Source of the DNA: an uncultured bacterium
GTDB lineage: Bacteria > Bacillota_I > Bacilli_A > RFN20 > CAG-826
Reading direction: 5' to 3'
Length of the DNA: 64,000 nucleotides
NCBI GenBank assembly: GCA_949293175.1
Contig: CASFCI010000008.1
Coordinates: 954 to 64,953, forward strand
This document shows positions 57,505 to 64,000 of this stretch, piece after piece. The notes beneath the pieces were generated by a model. It saw nothing but the letters and a program-made list of their open reading frames with translations. It did no database searches and was not told the origin of the DNA. How positions within the stretch are numbered: position 1 is the first letter of the stretch; each line of letters begins with the position of its first letter. Both the position numbers and the translations under genes were made by a program.

Positions 57505-60177
57505 ATGAAAAAGAAATCGCTTCCTATCATCGCCATAGCCGCCATTTTAGGCTTGGCCTCCTGTGCCGAGGCGCGAACATCGCCTATAGAGAGCGGCACC
57601 CCATCCGATTCAACCTCGGAAGTGAGCAGCTCTTCAGCAGTGCAGGAATCCACTTCCACCTCAACCTCGACCTCTACTTCAATCATACTGCCGGTCGAGG
57701 TCACCATCTTAGACGTTGAAAGCACCGAGCTAGAGGTCGGCGCCACGCTCACGCTAGAAGTCAACGTTAAGAACAACATCGATGACCTTCCGGTCGTCTA
57801 TTCGTCTAGCGACGAAGGCATCCTGACGGTCGAGGACGGAGTCGTCACCGCGACCGGGCTAGGAGAGGCCACCATCACCGTCACCGTCGGTGAGGCCAGC
57901 GACACCCTTACTTTGACGACCACCATGCCTTCAGCCATGATCGGCGAGTGGGTTGGCAACGATGGCAGCGCCTACCATGAGCTATCCATCGGTAAAGATG
58001 GGTTCGTCCTGAATGGGGAAAAGCTCGAGGTCGTCGAGACCCTCACCCTCATTTCCACCGGCTTCCGCGCGAAAGTACTAATCGATGATGCAAACTACAT
58101 CCTCGAATACTATGTGAGCCCGTTCACCGGCGAAATCTACGTCGAGATGACCATGATCGGCGGGTCGAGCGGAATGAGGCTATACAAGGAAGGGTCGGTT
58201 GAAGATCCATATCCCCCGCTTCCCGCTTCTTGGGCCGGCACCTACACCGGAACTCGCCCCGTCGAGGACGACACCCATGTCTACACCTTGGTCATTTCTA
58301 ACGATGGCAAGGCGAGTCTCGACGGCAAAGACGTCCATTGCCTTGCCTGCGATCAGGTAGGCGCCGCGACCGTGCTTATCGAGGATGAGGAATATACCTT
58401 GGCCAAAATAGGCGATACCATCACCCTCTGCAAGACAGGCGAGGATTTCATCTTGATGCTCGATAAAGAAGCTGAAGGCGAGCAGCCGGAGCCCGGGGTC
58501 TACGAGCCCGAGGACGCCTCTTGGCTCGGCACCTGGACCGATGGGACCCATACCCTAATCGTCAACGAGCAGTGGAACTGGTCGCTAGACGGTGATTTGG
58601 CCGACAAGGTCTGGGAATACGAGTCCGGCGAGATAGTCCTGCAGTTCAACGGCGCCGGAAACAGCGTCACGCGCTACTACCTAGAGAGGACGCTGATCGA
58701 TGGGGTCGACACCGTGGTCGTCTCTAGCCTCACCATGGGCCAGGATGATTACTGGCATCTGGTCAAGGAGGTTGCTGAGCCGGTAACCTTGCCAGAAGAG
58801 GCCGTCGGCGAATGGGTCTCTGACTTCGCCTACGCCCCGACCTTGGTCGTGAACGAGGACGGGTCCATCACCTTGGGCGGAGTCACCTCAACCCCGGAGA
58901 TAACCGATGATGGGACTGGGGTCCTCTGTTGGGAGCTCCCCCACCCCGATGAGCCGTCCATGATACTTGCCTTCGTCTACACGCCGGAAAAAGACGGCAA
59001 CCCGGCCACCATAAGCTACAACAACGGAAACATCGTCTATACCAAGAAGGACGAAACCGCTCCGATCGTGGTGCCAGACGTCCTAATCGGCACCTGGACT
59101 GGAGAAGACTATAGCGGAAACGAAATAACCGTCGTCATCGCAGAAGACGGCACCGTTACGGTAAACGGCGAGCCAGCCAGCTTCGAAGACCCGTTTGTGG
59201 ATGACGGATCTTATCTTTCGACGCACATATACTACGACGGCGCCAGCCACACGTTCGATTACGTCCTCAGCAGCGGCGAGATATACCTAGGTTTCTTCAC
59301 CCTGACCAAAGTCGAGGAGACCGAGGAGCCTGATCCCGAGCCGACCATCGTGCTTCCTGAGGGCATAGTCGGAACCTGGAAGAGCGAGGACACCGGATCG
59401 GTAATCGTGATAGGCGATGACGGGTCGATAACCGTCGATGGGGAGCCCGCGTCGTTCGTCACTGATTTCGAGGAGCAGTACGGTAGCTCGTTCGTGGCCG
59501 ACGTCGAGGTAGGCGGGGAGACCGAGACGCTCGAATTCAACACCGCGTTCGGCTCGATCTACTTTGGATGGGACGCCTACAAGAAGGTCGAGGAGACCGA
59601 GGAGCCTGAGCCTACTCCGGCCATCGAATTGCCTGATGGCATCGTCGGTACCTGGGAGGATGCCACAACCGGGTCCGTCATCGTCATAGGCGATGACGGC
59701 ACGATCACCATCGACGGGGAGGAAGCCGCGTTCGCCGGTGAGTTCGAGGAGCAGTACGAGGGTTCATTCGTCGTCCAGGTCGAGGTCGGAGGGGAGACAA
59801 AAACCCTGGAATTCAACTCAGCCTTCGGGTCCATCTACTTCGGCTATGGGTCGTACAAGAAGGTCGAGGATACCGAGGAGCCAACGCAGACGACCTTCCC
59901 GGCTGAACTCATAGGCACTTGGACCGGCACCGATACATTCTATGGCGGCTCCATGACCTTGATAATCGCCGAAGACGGGACCGTCACCTATAACGGAACC
60001 GTCGCCACCTCCGTCGCTGCTTATAACGAAGACACCGGGCTGTTCACCTTCGTCATCAACGGCGATCAGTTCCGGGCCACGGTCCAGGAAGACGTCATAA
60101 GCCACGAGATCACCATCACCCTTTCCTGCTTAGGCGGGTTGACGATGGTTCAGGGCAAATTGACAAAGGCCGCGTGA
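57505..60177 (+). CDS. Large surface lipoprotein (890 aa) with a Big_2 domain and ~92-aa tandem repeats
   Basis: Lipobox 'LASC'. Big_2-like 'VTILDVESTELEVGATLTLEVNV...TATGLGEATITVTVGEASDTLTL'. Repeated 'LIGTWTG...GDDG.ITV.GE'. Confidence 0.7.
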   Translation: MKKKSLPIIAIAAILGLASCAEARTSPIESGTPSDSTSEVSSSSAVQESTSTSTSTSTSIILPVEVTILDVESTELEVGATLTLEVNVKNNIDDLPVVYSSSDEGILTVEDGVVTATGLGEATITVTVGEASDTLTLTTTMPSAMIGEWVGNDGSAYHELSIGKDGFVLNGEKLEVVETLTLISTGFRAKVLIDDANYILEYYVSPFTGEIYVEMTMIGGSSGMRLYKEGSVEDPYPPLPASWAGTYTGTRPVEDDTHVYTLVISNDGKASLDGKDVHCLACDQVGAATVLIEDEEYTLAKIGDTITLCKTGEDFILMLDKEAEGEQPEPGVYEPEDASWLGTWTDGTHTLIVNEQWNWSLDGDLADKVWEYESGEIVLQFNGAGNSVTRYYLERTLIDGVDTVVVSSLTMGQDDYWHLVKEVAEPVTLPEEAVGEWVSDFAYAPTLVVNEDGSITLGGVTSTPEITDDGTGVLCWELPHPDEPSMILAFVYTPEKDGNPATISYNNGNIVYTKKDETAPIVVPDVLIGTWTGEDYSGNEITVVIAEDGTVTVNGEPASFEDPFVDDGSYLSTHIYYDGASHTFDYVLSSGEIYLGFFTLTKVEETEEPDPEPTIVLPEGIVGTWKSEDTGSVIVIGDDGSITVDGEPASFVTDFEEQYGSSFVADVEVGGETETLEFNTAFGSIYFGWDAYKKVEETEEPEPTPAIELPDGIVGTWEDATTGSVIVIGDDGTITIDGEEAAFAGEFEEQYEGSFVVQVEVGGETKTLEFNSAFGSIYFGYGSYKKVEDTEEPTQTTFPAELIGTWTGTDTFYGGSMTLIIAEDGTVTYNGTVATSVAAYNEDTGLFTFVINGDQFRATVQEDVISHEITITLSCLGGLTMVQGKLTKAA
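59311..59890. repeat. Diverged tandem repeat of ~276 bp, two full copies plus a partial third, inside the lipoprotein gene
   Basis: gtcgaggagaccgaggagcctga... recurs at 59311, 59587 and, partially, 59863. Confidence 0.75.
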
Positions 60178-60250
60178 CGGTAAGACCGGATATACAAGAT
60201 AAGCCATCCTCACGGGTGACTTTTCGTGTTTGTTTTGCCTGAGTATAACG

Positions 60251-61762
60251 CTACTTTGCCAAGCTTTTGCCGCTATATTCAGCATCGGCCTGATGGCTTT
60301 CCTCGATCTTAGGGGTATCGATGTCCTTGAACGCCTTGCCTTTGATCAGATAGATGTAGATGCCGACGAAGAGGATCAGGAAGGCGAATATCCAGGCCAA
60401 GGAATCGGAGAAGCAGACCGAGACGAAGGCCTTGTCGCTTACGGGGTTGGATGGGTCGACGAGCCTCGGCATGAACTCGGCGCAGGCGATGCGCCCGACC
60501 AGCTCGCAAACGCCAGCTAGGAACGGAAACAGCGACTTGCCAATGCCCTGAAGGTAGTTTCTGCCAACGAAGAGCAAGCCAAGCGAGAAATACATGCACG
60601 AATCGACGATCATGTAGGTCGAGGCATAGAACCTCACCCGGTCGTTGTTGTTCTCAGCGCTTAGGAACAATCCGGTGTAGAAGCCATTTATCGAGCAGGT
60701 CACCCCGATCACGGCCAGGATGACGTAGATGATGAGCATCAGTATCAAGGCCTGCTTCAGCCCCTTCTTTAACCGCCCCACGTCCTTCGAGCCGTAGTTC
60801 TGCCCCGAATAGGATAGGCAGGCGGTCCCAAGCGCCGTAAGCGGGCACATCAGGAAGTCGTTGAACTTGACCGCCGCCCCATAGGCGATCTTGCAGTCGA
60901 ACACCCCGTCGCCATGCCCGATGTCGAACAAGACCATCGCCTTCTCGAGGGTGATGAGCCCAATCGCGAGGATCGAGAACTGGAAAGCCAATGGGAGCCC
61001 GAGCTTGAGGTGGCTGTACATGAACTTCCAGGACATCTTGAAATCGGATAGCTTCACCCGGAAGAACGGGTATTTCACCAGCGAGTAGATCAAGCAGGCG
61101 ATGAAGGCGACGAACTGCGAGAAGATGGTGGCGAAGGCCGCCCCGGCGACGCCCCAGCGGAATAGCAATATGAAGGCGAAATCGAGGGCGATGTTGAGGA
61201 TCGTCGAACCGATGAGGAACAGAAGCGGGGTCAAGGAGTCGCCGATGCTGCGTAGCACGCTCACCATCATGTTGTAGAAGACCTGGGTGAACAGCCCGAT
61301 GTAGATTATGAGCAGGTACATCTGGGCGTACTGGTAGTCTTCCTCAGACGGCTTGAGGTCGATGTAGGCCAATAGCGGCTTGATGAGCAGCACCGCCAAG
61401 ATGGTGAGCACCACCGAGATTACCGCGGAGAGGAATATCTGGGTGGCGAACGACTTCCTTATGCCCTCCTCGTTCTTCTCGCCGGCGTAGTTGCTCGTAA
61501 TCACCGAGAAGCCACTTGAGCATCCGAAGGCGAACTGCAGGACGATGTAGATAAGCGAATAGACGACGTTGACGCCGCTGACCTCGGCCGCGGAAAGGTA
61601 TTGCCCGACTATCGCGGCGTCGGAGATCGTGTAGACCTGCTGGAAGATGTATGAGATGAGGATCGGGATCATGAAGATGATCAGCTGCTTGTAGGGCTTA
61701 CCTTTGGTAAGATCCACCGGTTTGAACAGGTTTTTGATCGATTGAGCAGCGTTAAATCTCAT
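60251..61762 (-). CDS. MATE-family (MOP superfamily) efflux transporter
   Basis: 12 TM segments. N-terminal 'GKPYKQLIIFMIPILISYIFQQVYTISDAAIVGQ'. The ORF's 7-aa extension is rejected. Confidence 0.75.
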   Translation of the reverse strand: MRFNAAQSIKNLFKPVDLTKGKPYKQLIIFMIPILISYIFQQVYTISDAAIVGQYLSAAEVSGVNVVYSLIYIVLQFAFGCSSGFSVITSNYAGEKNEEGIRKSFATQIFLSAVISVVLTILAVLLIKPLLAYIDLKPSEEDYQYAQMYLLIIYIGLFTQVFYNMMVSVLRSIGDSLTPLLFLIGSTILNIALDFAFILLFRWGVAGAAFATIFSQFVAFIACLIYSLVKYPFFRVKLSDFKMSWKFMYSHLKLGLPLAFQFSILAIGLITLEKAMVLFDIGHGDGVFDCKIAYGAAVKFNDFLMCPLTALGTACLSYSGQNYGSKDVGRLKKGLKQALILMLIIYVILAVIGVTCSINGFYTGLFLSAENNNDRVRFYASTYMIVDSCMYFSLGLLFVGRNYLQGIGKSLFPFLAGVCELVGRIACAEFMPRLVDPSNPVSDKAFVSVCFSDSLAWIFAFLILFVGIYIYLIKGKAFKDIDTPKIEESHQADAEYSGKSLAK

Positions 61763-61955
61763 ACTGGCCTTCCCCCAAGGCAAGTTATTTTATGCAAATC
61801 GGTTCCCGAGTAAACACCGAGCTTAAATGGTTTTAGGCAAAACTAAAATCGGCGCCTCGCAAGTCATAAAAATCCTTAGACCGAAGGGAGGATAAACCGC
61901 GTCTATATAAATATAGGGGATAGCGAATATAATAGCGAAGACCATGGGCGAGAGG

Positions 61956-64000
61956 ACAAACGGCTTGCATACCAAACCGGCCAGCTTCGATTGGCAGAAG
62001 GCGTTTTGGTCCATATTGCCATACTTAGCCATCGCCGCCTCCACCATAGCGGTTTTCTACATATGGATAGTCAACCCCTTCCTCACCGGCGGGGACGACT
62101 TCACGACCCACCTCGGGATAGTCTACGACCTGGCATATGGGTTCAAGCATGGGTTCGTCTTCTCCACCAACCACGTCTATCTAGGGATATTCGCCTACAA
62201 CACCTCGCTTTTCTACGGGATGCTGCCCCATTATTGCGCGGCCATATTGGACGTATGCTTCAGCTTTGCCGGGGCGAATATCATCGGCTCAATGAAGGCC
62301 GTCTCGATCCTCTTCGCCTTCCTAGGCGGCGTTTACGCCTACAAGCTCTTCTATAGGGTGAGCGGCAACCGGGTGATCGGCATGGCCGGGGGTATCGCCT
62401 TCTGCTTCCTGCCCTACCGCATCTACTGCTACATGTACCGGTTCGCCTGGAGCGAGGCCATCGCCCTCAACTTCATGCCGATGTTCTTCTATGCCGTCTA
62501 CGCCTTGCTTCATGACGACCGCTTGAAGGTCGGTCCCTTTGTTACCTTGGTGGTGTCGCTCGCCCTATCGGTGGTGAGCCACCCCTTCACCTCGATATTG
62601 ACCTTATGCGGCGGGGCGATATTGGCCCTATGCAATCTCAAATTGGTCATAAGGAAGGTCAAGGATTGGCGGTTCGACGTCTACCTCGGATGCTCGGTGC
62701 TGCTGGAGATCGGCATGGTTTTCTTCTTCGTCTTCCCGATGCTGCAGGCAACAAGCAGCGGCTTATACCGGGTGAGCTACGACTCGATCATGTGGACGAC
62801 GCTTGAGCACATAATCTGGTCGTTCGTCCAGACAAACCAGTTCTCTGGCCTGCTCAACTTCGAATGGGCAGCGGGGATTGGCATTTCGGTGACCAAACTA
62901 GACGCCGCGGCCTATTGGATCGTCGGCCTTGTCCTCTTCCCGTTGCTATGCGCCCTTTCCTACATCGCCGATTGGCTTATCGACAAGAAGGTTCCATTGG
63001 ATTGGAAGATCAAGCTCCCGATTAGGATGGCGGCCTCGTTCGCGATATTGTTCGTGCCGTTATTCGTAATCGGCCAGCGCATCGAGGTATTCATCGCGAT
63101 GGGCCTTTACTACGGGGTTTATGTCCTGGCCTTCATGCTGCCGATAAGGCAAAGCGCCACGGAGGGAAGGAACATAAGGGAATCGCTTTTCGACTTGGCG
63201 AAGGACGGCAGCTTCTACGCCTGCGTAATACTGGCCTCGCTGGGCTTCCTCTATCTTTACACCTCCTTCATCTGGGAGGTTTCGCCATCGGTCCTATACA
63301 CCGCCCAATTCGCCTTCCGCTTCTGGGGGATAACCTCGTTCACCCTATTGTTCCTATTCATCTTGGTGGTCAAGGCCTTCGCCAAGTACAGGGCGGCCTG
63401 GATGGCCTCGCTGATGCTGTCGGCCTATCTATTCACTTTGTGCATGGGCGTGGTCGATAAGCGGATCTACAACGTCGAGCACGGCTATAGCCAATCCTTC
63501 GAGCCGGACCAGTCTTGGATAGAGGGGCGTTACCAATTCGGCTCACAGAACGAATACATGCCCCAGATCATCTATGACATCTACTATGGGGATGCGGAGC
63601 TGTCCTATCCGGATTCGCAGGCCAAGGCAATCGGGACCTTGATGATTGGCAGGAGGAAAGTGCTATTCGGCGAGGATAGCTACCTTGCCTACCTTGGGAT
63701 GCTAGATGGCGATTTCGAGGTCAAAGGCATTGAGAACCTCAACACCCCAGACGTCGACATATCGATTTCAGCCGCCAGCGAATCGCTGCTGCAGATACCG
63801 CAGTTCTACTACGAGGGCTACAAGGCCACCGCGGTCTATGAAGACGGAGAAAAAGTCAGCTGCGAGATATCCAATGTCGATGGCCTAGTTGCAATAAGCC
63901 TGCCCGAAGGCGACTACACATTGGAAATAAGATACCCGGGGCCGGCTCTACGTATTGCGGGATTCTATATCCTCGGATTCTCGATTGCCGGGGTTATTGC
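61956..64000 (+). CDS. Polytopic membrane protein, 3'-partial (over 680 aa, runs off the window). Possibly YfhO/GT-C-like.
   Basis: Manual translation from the ATG at 61956 is open to the window end. It is absent from the ORF track because it has no stop. Many TM helices. Confidence 0.5.

Overview
The window is a chromosomal segment from a high-GC (roughly 58-60%) Gram-positive (Bacillota/Mollicutes-like) genome. Supporting the assignment: LASC/LVSC lipobox lipoproteins, RNase J, Spx, long-form HPF, archaeal-type ProRS, and BspA-type LRR surface proteins. No tools were run, so all homology and structure calls below rest on motifs read by eye and recalled family sequences.

I count about 65 protein genes and 9 tRNAs: Ser-GCT, Ser-CGA, Ser-GGA, Leu-GAG, and a Val-Tyr-Gln-Lys-Leu cluster. 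Housekeeping genes include plsX, proS, coaD, rsmD, def, rnj, maf, trpS, pgcA, an rluD-like gene, cdr (CoADR-rhodanese), metK, hpf, pduL-type phosphotransacylase, mgtE, an ABC-F protein, an ispD/tarI-like gene and pgi.

The accessory content worth a second look is:

1. At the 5' end (84-4239, minus strand), an operon with a 1260-1293-aa SF1 UvrD/HelD-like helicase followed by a 134-aa coiled-coil protein. The helicase has a ~640-aa uncharacterised N-terminal region and a C-terminal TPR-like segment.
2. A heterodimeric ABC exporter pair (4812-8250) translationally coupled to a zinc-ribbon plus Sel1-repeat protein (8247-9578).
3. A ~350-bp gene-free stretch (11480-11830) carrying hairpin/terminator structures, possibly one or two small RNAs.
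4. A small AT-rich islet (23800-24265) with a 117-aa orphan ORF.
5. A low-GC island 3' of tRNA-Ser(GGA) (30240-32250). It encodes a streptothricin-acetyltransferase homolog and a fusion of a GrpB-family domain to a blasticidin-S/cytidine deaminase-like domain.
6. A structured ~110-nt leader before metK (42733-42840) with four-way-junction, S-box-like topology. It is a putative SAM-responsive riboswitch variant.
7. A pduL-type phosphotransacylase with a Cys/His-rich tail, next to a stand-alone TSCPD protein.
8. A low-GC two-gene cassette immediately 3' of tRNA-Leu(GAG) (45750-47437). Gene A is an XRE-type HTH fused to a DUF3990-like domain with HG[SA] and GFY motifs. Gene B is an unknown domain fused to an N-terminally truncated inorganic-pyrophosphatase-like domain. 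This is my best candidate for an undescribed toxin/antitoxin- or defence-like module.

Large repeat-containing surface lipoproteins are also present: Listeria-Bacteroides repeats plus BspA-type LRR, and a Big_2 protein with ~276-bp tandem repeats.
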